Of a stretch of DNA of 56,378 nucleotides, positions 25,749 to 34,667 are shown piece by piece. Origin of the DNA: a virus (lineage: Duplodnaviria; Caudoviricetes); the IMG/VR virus record IMGVR_UViG_3300017779_000007, positions 1 through 56,378 of that record; one strand, written 5' to 3'. Within the stretch, counting starts at the first letter, position 1, and each line of letters opens with the position of its first letter. Made by a program: the position numbers and the translations under genes. The notes under the pieces are model-generated. The model did no database searches. It was not told where the DNA came from and was given only the letters and a program-made list of their open reading frames with translations.

Positions 25749-27538
25749 TAGCTGATCAGGCTGGTATCTGGATTATTGAGCGCACCGCTAAGACTTTTAA
25801 TCGTAACCTGTTTCCTGAACCCCTTACCGTCATCGTCTTTCGGTGGGTCAACAGCCACTAATCCTAATCGCTGGCGAGCGCAATCGAGAGCCAAGAACGC
25901 AGCATCTGCCAAGTCTGGGCTGCGACCAAACCGTGCCTTGAACTCTGGTTTCGACTCGATCTTCACTCTCAGCGTGCCTGTTCCCTTAGTCATGTCGTAG
26001 TTTCTGGCACACATTTCCTGTGCGAGATCCGACGATACACCGTAGATCTGCTTAGTTCTCAGCAGTTCCTTGCCGACGAACCAGAGTTCAGAGACTCTAT
26101 TAGTGTAGAGTTCGGCTCCGGTAAGCTGGCTGTTCATGCTGACACGCTTGTCTGATCCTTTACCACCGAAGGTGACGCGCATAAAGTCGCTCGACCACTC
26201 GCCAGCCAACACGTCGCAGAACGGCGCACCCGCTCCGGTCGAGTCGAGTGCTACGTTATTAGCAGAGATATTCCTCCGTTTGCAGTGGTCGATAATCTGG
26301 TGGACGATCTGGTAGGTGCGCGGAACCGCTTTATTAGTGGCGTCATCGTTTAAGTGGATCGCCTCTCCCAATTTACATACGTATTGGCCGTTTCGGGCGT
26401 AGCCTACTTCGGCGGTATACATAATAGTCCGGTCGCCCCCGTTCGTGAAGGCAGGGTCTATTCCGGCCACCGCCGTCGGTTTTCCGGCCCAATCGACCTC
26501 CCCCATCGCACCACCTTTAGTAAGCTCCGCCTCAGAGTAGATTCCCGTTGTTTCGTCAGAGTCGAAAAAGACTGCGCGAACCATCCTCATATATCCTCTG
26601 GACTCTGGCCCTAATAACGCCCTGTCTTCCGCCAGCTTCTCAGCGGTGGGTAGCCAAGGATATTTAACCTCTCCTAAAGTAATGTTTGGACTCCGCTCAC
26701 CATCCAGTCTAATATATTTACCGTTCCATTTAGTCTTCCATTCGTCAGCGGTCTGCGTATCCACGGACTCCCAGCCCTTCTTCGGCTCCGACCAGACGCC
26801 GAAAGCGTCAAACCTACTATTCGGGTTGGACATACCAATCATTTGAAATGACGGGTTCTTAGATAAGTTAGTCAGGCCAGCCTGCAAGATGCTCTCAGAA
26901 AGTTCTGAAAGCTCGTCGCCGATCATAATCACGCGCTTCTGCTTGATTCCGATGAATTTGCCAATCGCCTCTCTCGTCTTAGATTTTTCCGCTGCAATAA
27001 GCGATAAACCAGCTCTCTCGATAAGCGTGCCGTTTTCATCGATGTAGGCAGCGTTTCCTATTGAGTCCCGTATCTTGATCGGCGCACCATCGATCACGGA
27101 CAATAGAGACATTACTGAACCCCATATCCTTTTTCGCGCTTCCCGTAGCGTTGTTGAGGTCATCAGGACTAGTGTGTCGCGTGGCTGAGATAGCCACTGG
27201 ACGATTCCCCATGCGGCCATTGTGTGTGATTTACCGGACGACGCAGAACCACCGACCGCCAGATACTTGTGCTTAATCGCTGCCCGAATCATTTTTTCGG
27301 CCCAAGGATGGCGAACCATCATATGCTCCGGTAGTTCTTCCCTATTCCAGAGTTCGTCGCAGACTCGCCAGAAGTAAAACTCCTTGGCCTTGTCGTTCGG
27401 GTGGTGCGCGAAACCGTAAAGTAAAGCGGTAAGGAGACTGGTGGGCTGGATCATTAGACCGCCCACGTCCATCTTCTTGGATTGCGGGTCGATGCGCGGC
27501 TCCAGAACGCGCTTGCGTTTGTCTGCTTCGGAAGGCAT
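25748..27538 (-). CDS. terL: Terminase large subunit (about 596 aa from ATG 27538)
   Basis: Walker A GSASSGKS, Walker B IMIGDE, SNPN, nuclease motifs GIDPA..GGDRT and SPDLADA. Confidence 0.9.
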   Translation of the reverse strand: MPSEADKRKRVLEPRIDPQSKKMDVGGLMIQPTSLLTALLYGFAHHPNDKAKEFYFWRVCDELWNREELPEHMMVRHPWAEKMIRAAIKHKYLAVGGSASSGKSHTMAAWGIVQWLSQPRDTLVLMTSTTLREARKRIWGSVMSLLSVIDGAPIKIRDSIGNAAYIDENGTLIERAGLSLIAAEKSKTREAIGKFIGIKQKRVIMIGDELSELSESILQAGLTNLSKNPSFQMIGMSNPNSRFDAFGVWSEPKKGWESVDTQTADEWKTKWNGKYIRLDGERSPNITLGEVKYPWLPTAEKLAEDRALLGPESRGYMRMVRAVFFDSDETTGIYSEAELTKGGAMGEVDWAGKPTAVAGIDPAFTNGGDRTIMYTAEVGYARNGQYVCKLGEAIHLNDDATNKAVPRTYQIVHQIIDHCKRRNISANNVALDSTGAGAPFCDVLAGEWSSDFMRVTFGGKGSDKRVSMNSQLTGAELYTNRVSELWFVGKELLRTKQIYGVSSDLAQEMCARNYDMTKGTGTLRVKIESKPEFKARFGRSPDLADAAFLALDCARQRLGLVAVDPPKDDDGKGFRKQVTIKSLSGALNNPDTSLIS

Positions 27539-27541
27539 AAT
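27513..27541 (+). promoter_or_regulatory. Promoter for HTH/TerS-like gene, embedded in terL start
   Basis: TTGCGT-17 bp-CATAAT-7 nt-ATG(27549). Confidence 0.5.
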
Positions 27542-27548
27542 TAAGTGG

Positions 27549-28190
27549 ATGTCTGAAAAACCTATACGAGAGTGCGAGGCCGAAGCCTTGCGCCTTAGCA
27601 AAGAAGGTTACAGTAATAGTGCGATTGGTCAACACATTGGGGTTCACCGCAACACAATTCGTAAATGGCTAAAGAAGCACGGAGTCGCTGCAAAGGTGAA
27701 CGGGGATATGTCGGACGGCAAGGTTCTCGACAACCTGATCCACAATAAAAAAGTCAAAGACGAACACCTGAAACCGGACGACGACAAAGACCAGCTTAAA
27801 GAAGATATTGAAGAACACTTTAACGAGACGGTGAGTTCGGCCATTGTTGAAGAACGGTTCCGAGCGTCGAAAGAAGAGGACGTTACCCTTAGCGAGATCG
27901 CGGAGGCGCAGAACTCGCCCGCTGACAAATACCAGCACTATGTAGCCGCAGCCGGAATTAAGTTACTGCGCGACTCGATAAAGACCCTACGCGGTCCGAA
28001 GACAATCCGCGAGATGTCTGAACTCGACCAGCTCATTCGACGTAACTTAGGTCTTAACGCGAAGACTGGCGGAGGCAGTAGTAAGATGCAGATCGATATT
28101 TCTATCCTTAACAACTCCAAAGCCGACAAAGGAGGAGGGGCGATAAAACAGAAAAAAACGATTGACGCCGAGACCGGAAAAGAGATTTAA
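27549..28190 (+). CDS. HTH protein, putative terminase small subunit (213 aa)
   Basis: N-terminal HTH (GYSNSAIGQHIGVHRNTIRKWL), helical middle, adjacent to terL. Confidence 0.55.
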   Translation: MSEKPIRECEAEALRLSKEGYSNSAIGQHIGVHRNTIRKWLKKHGVAAKVNGDMSDGKVLDNLIHNKKVKDEHLKPDDDKDQLKEDIEEHFNETVSSAIVEERFRASKEEDVTLSEIAEAQNSPADKYQHYVAAAGIKLLRDSIKTLRGPKTIREMSELDQLIRRNLGLNAKTGGGSSKMQIDISILNNSKADKGGGAIKQKKTIDAETGKEI

Positions 28191-28200
28191 TACCGTCGCA

Positions 28201-28431
28201 ATGTTTGAAGACCGCGAACCCGAAGTAGGGGCAAGGTTCATTACCCGTATAGATGAGGGTTCTGATTTCCGATTTCCTGTCGATACCGCCGACGGACTAT
28301 GGTATCGCGTGAGGCCGTCAACGGCTCGCGAAGTGTTCTACCTGCAATCGTTGCCGAAAGGGATCAGGGTTCTTGTGCCAGCAGAGGGCGACGGCCTACT
28401 TATCCGAGGAGATTCAATACCAGTAAAATAA
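28201..28431 (+). CDS. Hypothetical protein
   Basis: ORF from ATG 28201; TAATG coupling to next gene. Confidence 0.65.
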   Translation: MFEDREPEVGARFITRIDEGSDFRFPVDTADGLWYRVRPSTAREVFYLQSLPKGIRVLVPAEGDGLLIRGDSIPVK

Positions 28432-28604
28432 TGAAAAAACAATTAGATTGGCAGAACCTAGATATTATTCGTCTTTTCTTACTCCACCGTGAGGCAGACT
28501 TTGGGGAACACATAGAAGAATACGGGTTCAGCCCCTCAGAAGCGGATGATTACCGAGAAGAAATTATGAAGCTCCTGTGGGATAAAATGGAAGAAGTATT
28601 ATGA
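28431..28604 (+). CDS. Hypothetical protein (57 aa)
   Basis: MKKQLDWQNLDIIRLFLLHREADF...; coupled on both sides. Confidence 0.6.
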   Translation: MKKQLDWQNLDIIRLFLLHREADFGEHIEEYGFSPSEADDYREEIMKLLWDKMEEVL

Positions 28605-28999
28605 AACCCGAAACCCTATTCCGTCTCCACGAAGAGACGTGCGCTAAAACGCTCGACATCATGCGAGCAAAAAACTCCGACTACTGCGGTGGCACTGAGA
28701 CCGTAGACGCGCTCGCTAATTTCAAGTCAGCTAAATCGTTAGGACTCCATCCGGTTACCGGATTGCTGTTAAGGATGCAGGATAAACTGATGCGGATTAA
28801 ATCGTTCGTGAATGATGGCGAGCTAAAAGTCGCTGGCGAGTCGGTCGATGACGCCTGTGAGGATCTTGTGAATTACTCTATCTTAGCCAAAGCCTTACTC
28901 ACTGAGGAACGCGAGGAACACTGCGAGACGTGCGACGGGACTGTGGACGAGAACTGCGACAATATGTATTGTCCTGAGTATATCCCTACCCAGTTGTAA
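28601..28999 (+). CDS. Nucleotide-modification-associated domain protein (DUF1599/Nmad1-like)
   Basis: KNSDY, ANF, R..DKL.R, ESV.D...DL.NY motifs; C-terminal CxxC..CxxxxC. Confidence 0.7.
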   Translation: MKPETLFRLHEETCAKTLDIMRAKNSDYCGGTETVDALANFKSAKSLGLHPVTGLLLRMQDKLMRIKSFVNDGELKVAGESVDDACEDLVNYSILAKALLTEEREEHCETCDGTVDENCDNMYCPEYIPTQL

Positions 29000-29012
29000 C
29001 TCCACCAATACA

Positions 29013-29660
29013 GTGAAGGTAGCCGTCGCTCAGTTATACACACCCAATTACGACTCTTGGGCTTCAACCGTTATTGATAATACTAAAAATTATTGCGACA
29101 CTCACTCGTATCAATTTTTCCATAAAAAGATCCCGTTCCCGAAAGATAGGCATCCCGCATGGTATAGAATTCCTTTTATCCTCGATTTATTTGAGGAAGA
29201 AGATGTAGATTGGGTATTTTGGTCTGATATCGACTCCTTGATTATGAACCACTCTATTCGCATAGAGAATTTTCTTAAAGACGATAAGGATTTGGTAATA
29301 GCTAGTCAAGGAGAAGGCGGGTATTGTGAGAATTGGTGCGAACACGTTTTAAATACGGGTCAGTTTTTCATTAAAAATACCGAATGGTCGAGAGAACTTC
29401 TTAAACTGTGGTGGGAATGGCCTGAAAACAACCCAAAATATTTGTGGGATGTGTGGTGGGATAACGACGCGATGAATGTTTTCTGGAAGGATAACATTCT
29501 TGATTTTGATTCCAAAGTAGAAGTTGAGTATTCTACAAGGAAGTTCAATAGTTTTTACAGCGACTATATTGAAGGAGATTTTATATGCCACTTCACGGGA
29601 AATTTATCTTCGGAAGTAAGGGAGGATCTAATCAGTGAATATATCCAAAAATTGAAGTGA
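29013..29660 (+). CDS. Glycosyltransferase, GT34 (GMA12/MNN10)-like
   Basis: YC..H.Y, PAWYRI, DWVFWSDID (DxD), LNTG.F.IKNT.WS, GDFICHF.G. Confidence 0.8.
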   Translation: MKVAVAQLYTPNYDSWASTVIDNTKNYCDTHSYQFFHKKIPFPKDRHPAWYRIPFILDLFEEEDVDWVFWSDIDSLIMNHSIRIENFLKDDKDLVIASQGEGGYCENWCEHVLNTGQFFIKNTEWSRELLKLWWEWPENNPKYLWDVWWDNDAMNVFWKDNILDFDSKVEVEYSTRKFNSFYSDYIEGDFICHFTGNLSSEVREDLISEYIQKLK

Positions 29661-29700
29661 GGTTATGTAGCCCCATTTGCAGCGGCAACTTTCTTTAAGT

Positions 29701-30189
29701 ATGATCGTCGGAGTAGACAACGGATTAGACGGCGGACTATGCGCCATATCGAAACACGACGGCAGTCTAATCGATAAAATCCGTATGCCTACTCTTCAGA
29801 TGTCGAAGAAAAAAGAAATCGACATCCGTAAGGTCCATCAATGGATAATGGATCTAAACACCCCATTTGTATTCGCGGTAGAGGAACCGCTGGCGCACGC
29901 GAAGAGTAGCCAAGCGGTTCGGTCAATGGCGATCTCGTTCGGCAAGCTAGTCGGCATGGCGGAGTCCCACGACTACGAAAACATAATGCGTGTGTCAGTC
30001 CACAAGTGGCAGAAGGTCATGCTGGGCAGAGTTCCCAAAGGTAAGACCAAAGAAGTCGCGTTGGAACTAGCGAATCAGTTAGAGCCGTCGGAGAACTGGC
30101 TGGCGAACAAACGATGCCGGACGCCGCACGACGGCATGATCGATGCCTACCTTATCGCCCGATACATTTGGGGTGGTAAAAAAAGTTGA
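29701..30189 (+). CDS. RuvC-like Holliday junction resolvase
   Basis: IVGVDNG..GG, AVEE, WQK, HDG..DA.LIA. Confidence 0.8.
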   Translation: MIVGVDNGLDGGLCAISKHDGSLIDKIRMPTLQMSKKKEIDIRKVHQWIMDLNTPFVFAVEEPLAHAKSSQAVRSMAISFGKLVGMAESHDYENIMRVSVHKWQKVMLGRVPKGKTKEVALELANQLEPSENWLANKRCRTPHDGMIDAYLIARYIWGGKKS

Positions 30190-30244
30190 AATTTTTCTGG
30201 ACGTATTGCCAGACTTCAATTATTTGTCTGTTCATAGACAATAA

Positions 30245-31537
30245 ATGAAGACATTATACCCGAAACAACAAGACGCGCTCGACTTCTTCCTAGCGAAGCA
30301 CAAGTTGAATTTAAACTCACTCGACACTAGCCATGTCGGAACCGGCAAGACAGTAGTAGCCGCTCATCTGGCCAAAGCTTTGAATAGACCTGTAGCGGTC
30401 TTGTGTCCGAAGGCGGTGATCCCGTCATGGGAACGCGAGCTAAAAGAGACTGGTATCAAGCCTTTGTTCGTTCTCAACTACGAGAAGATCAGAACGGGCC
30501 GAACGGACTTCATGTCCAAACGCGGCAAGAAAATCATGACGTGGAACCTGCCTAAAAACACATTAGTGTTAGTGGACGAGGTTCATAGATGCAAAGGACC
30601 ATACACGCAAAACGCGCAGTTGTTAGTGTCGTTAGTGGCCCAAGGCTACTCGATCCATGCGATGTCCGCGACCGCTGCCGAAGACCCTACTGAGATGCGG
30701 CCAATCGGATACGCATTAGGTCTGCACAATCTCAACAAAGCGGAGGACGGTGTCAAGAGTTGGTTCGGTTGGATGATGCAATACGGATGCAGTCAGAACC
30801 AGTGGAACGCATGGGAGCTTCGGCGTAAGACCAAACTCAGTGACCTTAATAAGGTCATGTATGGGAAGAATGTTAAGCGGCTCACGGTTGATGACTTCCC
30901 CGAGTCCTTTAAAGCGAACCGTGTATTCGTGGAGTCGATTGCATTCGGCACTGCTGCTCAGATCGCGAAGGTGTATAAAGATCTCGACATCACGCCAGAG
31001 ATCATCACGAATCTTCTAGAGAACGGAACCGTTGAGGACAGCGATTGGGTTCTGGTCAACCTACTTCGCGCTCGCCAGCTAGCGGAGTCACTTAAGGCCA
31101 AAGACATGGCCGACATGGCAAGGGACTACGTAGAGCAGGGACACAGTGTTGTGCTGTTCGTCAACTTTACGGAGACGGCCCAGACACTACAGCAGTTGTT
31201 GAATTGCCCTGCTATCGTTGGTGGTCAGTCTGCCGAAGAACGGCAACAGGTGATCGACGATTTTCAAGACGACAATGAACACGTCATCGTGGTCAACATC
31301 GCCGCTGGTGGAACCGGAATCTCGCTGCATGACATCAACGGTAGTAGGCAGCGGATCTCATTGATCTCGCCCACATTCAATGTCAAAGACCACCTACAGG
31401 CATTGGGTCGTATCCACCGCAACGGAGCAAAGAGCGACGCCATCCAGAAGATTCTGGTCGCCAGTGACTCCATTGAGGAACACGTTATGCGAGTTGTCGA
31501 ACAGAAGTCAGATAACCTGAACACTCTACACCAATGA
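30245..31537 (+). CDS. SF2 (SNF2-like) helicase
   Basis: GTGKT, DEVH, SAT, GGTGISL, QALGRIHR. Confidence 0.9.
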   Translation: MKTLYPKQQDALDFFLAKHKLNLNSLDTSHVGTGKTVVAAHLAKALNRPVAVLCPKAVIPSWERELKETGIKPLFVLNYEKIRTGRTDFMSKRGKKIMTWNLPKNTLVLVDEVHRCKGPYTQNAQLLVSLVAQGYSIHAMSATAAEDPTEMRPIGYALGLHNLNKAEDGVKSWFGWMMQYGCSQNQWNAWELRRKTKLSDLNKVMYGKNVKRLTVDDFPESFKANRVFVESIAFGTAAQIAKVYKDLDITPEIITNLLENGTVEDSDWVLVNLLRARQLAESLKAKDMADMARDYVEQGHSVVLFVNFTETAQTLQQLLNCPAIVGGQSAEERQQVIDDFQDDNEHVIVVNIAAGGTGISLHDINGSRQRISLISPTFNVKDHLQALGRIHRNGAKSDAIQKILVASDSIEEHVMRVVEQKSDNLNTLHQ

Positions 31538-31881
31538 AAACAGAAAACAAAATTAAAGGTCTTACTAAATATAAGCAGGCCATAATCGAAAAAGTCTGCT
31601 CGCTCGTCGCCGACGAATTTTCAATCTACAATGATGACCTGTTTAAAAAATCCAGAGCCTGTCAATATTCGGTTCCGAGATCCGTTGCGGCTGCTCTGCT
31701 GCACAAAAACTACGGAATCCAGCAGCAGATCATCGCTGATTATTTTGGCTATGTCTCACACAGCAGCGTCCCCCATGCGGTCAAATCGCTTGACCGTAGG
31801 ATCAACACGGAACCTGAGTTAAGATTTATTATCAGAAATATCTTGAAGAACGTCACTAAAGAAATTAAACCAACTAAGTAG
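31534..31881 (+). CDS. DnaA C-terminal (domain IV)-like HTH protein
   Basis: V...F.I...DL..KSR.....PR.VA..L......I..YFG..SHSSV.HA. Confidence 0.75.
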   Translation: MKTENKIKGLTKYKQAIIEKVCSLVADEFSIYNDDLFKKSRACQYSVPRSVAAALLHKNYGIQQQIIADYFGYVSHSSVPHAVKSLDRRINTEPELRFIIRNILKNVTKEIKPTK

Positions 31882-31884
31882 ACC

Positions 31885-32304
31885 ATGAAAAAATTATTCG
31901 TATTGGCATTATGCATCACTCCCATAGCCGCAGTGTTGTTTAGCTCCACCTCACCGGATCTACCTGAACCTGTCGCGGAAGAGCCTAAAGAAGAACCTGA
32001 ACAGATCAGCGCGTCTGTCCTCCTGTCAAAGTGGCAGGTGGAGAAGATGATGAGGAGTTTTGACGGCGATGACCATCCGTCGGATATGCGCGTCTTCACC
32101 TCTGTAGTCAACAACTCTGCGGACGGCTGGCGTATCTCATCAACGCATTTGGTTCGTAACCCGAAGAATGTGATCCTACCAACCACAGATTATCACGTCA
32201 TTGATTCTTCCTACATCGATTTCTCTGGTAATCTCAGAGAGTGTGTGGAGTATGCGAGATCCTATAAAGGTCACCATGATTATATCGTCGTGCCACTGAA
32301 ATAA
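31885..32304 (+). CDS. Secreted/membrane-anchored hypothetical protein
   Basis: MKK plus hydrophobic signal-like N-terminus. Confidence 0.65.
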   Translation: MKKLFVLALCITPIAAVLFSSTSPDLPEPVAEEPKEEPEQISASVLLSKWQVEKMMRSFDGDDHPSDMRVFTSVVNNSADGWRISSTHLVRNPKNVILPTTDYHVIDSSYIDFSGNLRECVEYARSYKGHHDYIVVPLK

Positions 32305-32390
32305 AATTTTGCCGAGAGAGTCCGGCAATTAAGACTTCGCTGACGGGGCAGTTAAGCTCTCACCCCGAACCACTAACCAAAAATAAAACC

Positions 32391-32615
32391 ATGAACAAAG
32401 AAAGAAAACTGGAATACCCATACATCAATAGATGGAAAGCTTTTCCATCAACTGGATCTGTAAAGGGTATGACCTTATTAGATTATTTTGCAGGTCAAGC
32501 TCTTGCATCTCTGACTCAAGGTAGCCCAGATAAAAGAGCAGATAAGGCTTATGAAATAGCTGAAGCAATGATGGAGATGAAACTTCATACTTTATCGAAT
32601 CACGATGATGTGTAA
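32391..32615 (+). CDS. Small phage protein of the GMTLRDYFA pattern
   Basis: AFP...GMTLLDYFAGQAL...AY.IA.AM. Confidence 0.7.
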   Translation: MNKERKLEYPYINRWKAFPSTGSVKGMTLLDYFAGQALASLTQGSPDKRADKAYEIAEAMMEMKLHTLSNHDDV

Positions 32616-33705
32616 TACACCAGACCACCAAAGCAGAGGACACGCAGAGTTCTCTCCGTCGAGCCTGAAGTATGTAGCCGCCTGTGCTGGCTACCAAGGC
32701 CGAGACGGCACGTCACCCGCTGCTGAGATGGGGACTCGTATTCATGAGGCTCTTGAAGTATTCGACCCTTCTGCTCTCCATAACGAAGAAGAACTCGCTA
32801 TCTATGAGCAGATCGTTGAGATGGAGAAGGACTTCATGGGCAACTTCGATGAGATCGAGGAAGAGCTTAACGAGATCCAAGTTGAGGTCGCACTCGATGG
32901 CACTGAGACATGGGGAACCTGTGACCGATTCTTGATCCTCAAAGGCGGCGACCGTGCCGTCATGGCTGACTACAAAACCGGAATCAGCATCATCGACCCG
33001 CCGGAAAAGAACTGGCAAGCGAAGGCATACACGACCGGAGCGTTCCAGAAGTATCCCGACATCAAGGAGATCGTCTTCGCGTTCTACGTTCCGCAGCACA
33101 ATGCGACGTTGCACCACACGTTCACGCGAGAAGACCTCCCTACTCTGGTCGAAGACCTTAGCCGAGTCATCAAGGCTGGCGAAGAAGTTAGACCGAAATG
33201 GGAGTCCGGCACACCTGAGCTTGAGGAATGCACCCCGACTCAGTATTGCCGATTCTGTAGGCACGAAGATACTTGTCCCGCACTAGGCGGTCTCGTTATC
33301 AGTGTGGCTAAGAAACTCGATACCACGTTGCCTGACATCGATCCGACTGACGTTGACAATCCGGCCAGACTATCTGAGCTATTTAACATCGCGAAGATCG
33401 TGGAGAACTGGTCGATGTCGATTAAACGTAAAACACTCGACGCTCTTAAAGACGGCGAGCAGCTTGACGGTCTTAAACTCCGCTCGATGGGCAGGACTAG
33501 AAAGATCTCCGATAACGCGACTTTTGTAAAAATCGCAAAAAAATATGGAATTGATCTGGACACGCTGCTGGATCAAGTTAACTTCCCTCTCGCCAAGGTT
33601 GCTAAGAAAGCAGGAACCGACAGCAGACAAACTTTCCTCGACGAATGCGAAGACGCAGGAATCGTAGAAACATCAGACGAGCGGCACTGTGTCGCGACTC
33701 AATAA
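32605..33705 (+). CDS. Cas4-like PD-(D/E)XK exonuclease (DUF2800-like)
   Basis: HA.FSPS...C, GT.IH, GTCD, DYKTG, Q...Y, CRFC.....CP. Confidence 0.85.
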   Translation: MMCNTPDHQSRGHAEFSPSSLKYVAACAGYQGRDGTSPAAEMGTRIHEALEVFDPSALHNEEELAIYEQIVEMEKDFMGNFDEIEEELNEIQVEVALDGTETWGTCDRFLILKGGDRAVMADYKTGISIIDPPEKNWQAKAYTTGAFQKYPDIKEIVFAFYVPQHNATLHHTFTREDLPTLVEDLSRVIKAGEEVRPKWESGTPELEECTPTQYCRFCRHEDTCPALGGLVISVAKKLDTTLPDIDPTDVDNPARLSELFNIAKIVENWSMSIKRKTLDALKDGEQLDGLKLRSMGRTRKISDNATFVKIAKKYGIDLDTLLDQVNFPLAKVAKKAGTDSRQTFLDECEDAGIVETSDERHCVATQ

Positions 33706-33726
33706 AGCAAACCAATAATTGATATT

Positions 33727-34383
33727 ATGGCTAAAACCCAAAAGCAAGAAGTCGTTGCTGCCGAGACCAACACTGGTCTCTCCACCAACGTAAGCGGAAT
33801 CGAAATCGACGTAGAGGACATCGAGATTCCACGTATTAACGTCTGTCAAAAGATGTCGCAATCCGACGCACCTGTCGGGTCGATTCTCTTCGACAAGACA
33901 TACGAGATCGCCCCACCGGATACTCCGGTAAAGGTGATCACCGTAGCGGCCCAGAAGGGCTGGCGGGAGAACATCCCTTTCGAGGAAGAGGATATCCCCC
34001 GCATCGCTTGGTCTAAAGAACAAGCCGACGCCATTGAAGCGGAGTCGGACTGGGACATGACTGAGTTCGCCGAGATCACTCTCCTCATGCGTCAGCCTGA
34101 AGGTAGTGAAGAAGGCGATGCGTTCCAGTTGCCTATCGGCGACCACAACTACGCATTGGGCAAGATCAACGTGGGTAAGAACGCATACCGTTCAACCTAC
34201 AAGCGTCTTGCGACATTCGCGGCTCTTCAGTCTGGAGTTCCTATTCATAGCAAAGTTTGGAACTTCGTTTCTGAAGAACTCAGCAAGGGCAAGTATACTT
34301 GGTTTAATCCGTCACTCAGCGTGACTAAGGAAGAAGCCGATGAGGATGTCACCGCCTTTGTTAAAAACTTTCTCGGAGCGTAG
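33727..34383 (+). CDS. Putative ssDNA-binding/annealing protein
   Basis: EDI.IPR....Q..S N-terminus, KG.Y.W, acidic; lies between nuclease and polymerase. Confidence 0.55.
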   Translation: MAKTQKQEVVAAETNTGLSTNVSGIEIDVEDIEIPRINVCQKMSQSDAPVGSILFDKTYEIAPPDTPVKVITVAAQKGWRENIPFEEEDIPRIAWSKEQADAIEAESDWDMTEFAEITLLMRQPEGSEEGDAFQLPIGDHNYALGKINVGKNAYRSTYKRLATFAALQSGVPIHSKVWNFVSEELSKGKYTWFNPSLSVTKEEADEDVTAFVKNFLGA

Positions 34384-34385
34384 TT

Positions 34386-34574
34386 ATGACTGACCAAGAG
34401 AAAGAACAAAAAACCCGTGATCTCCTGCTTGAAGAGATCAAGATGCTCGACGGCATGATCGCTGAAGTCGAGGATCAACTCTCGCAAGTCGGGAGCAACT
34501 TGAGAAAGTTGCGGGTAGTTCGGGAGGCACTCCAGCACGTTACTGGCGAGCAGACCGAATTGGAATTGGACTAG
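34386..34574 (+). CDS. Small coiled-coil protein (62 aa)
   Basis: ORF in operon. Confidence 0.7.
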   Translation: MTDQEKEQKTRDLLLEEIKMLDGMIAEVEDQLSQVGSNLRKLRVVREALQHVTGEQTELELD

Positions 34575-34601
34575 GAATACTAGTAACACTAGTAGGATAC
34601 A

Positions 34602-34647
34602 AGCCCACCGCAGAGTTTTTAATTTTTTCCTTTGCGGTGGGTTTTTT
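34602..34647 (+). terminator. Intrinsic terminator upstream of DNA polymerase
   Basis: AGCCCACCGCAGAG...CTTTGCGGTGGGTT followed by T run. Confidence 0.7.
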
Positions 34648-34667
34648 CTGCTCACAAATAAACTTAT

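Noticed and set aside
32605-33705. cas4 as part of a CRISPR-Cas system
   Set aside because: Stand-alone phage exonuclease in a replication operon; no cas1/cas2 or array
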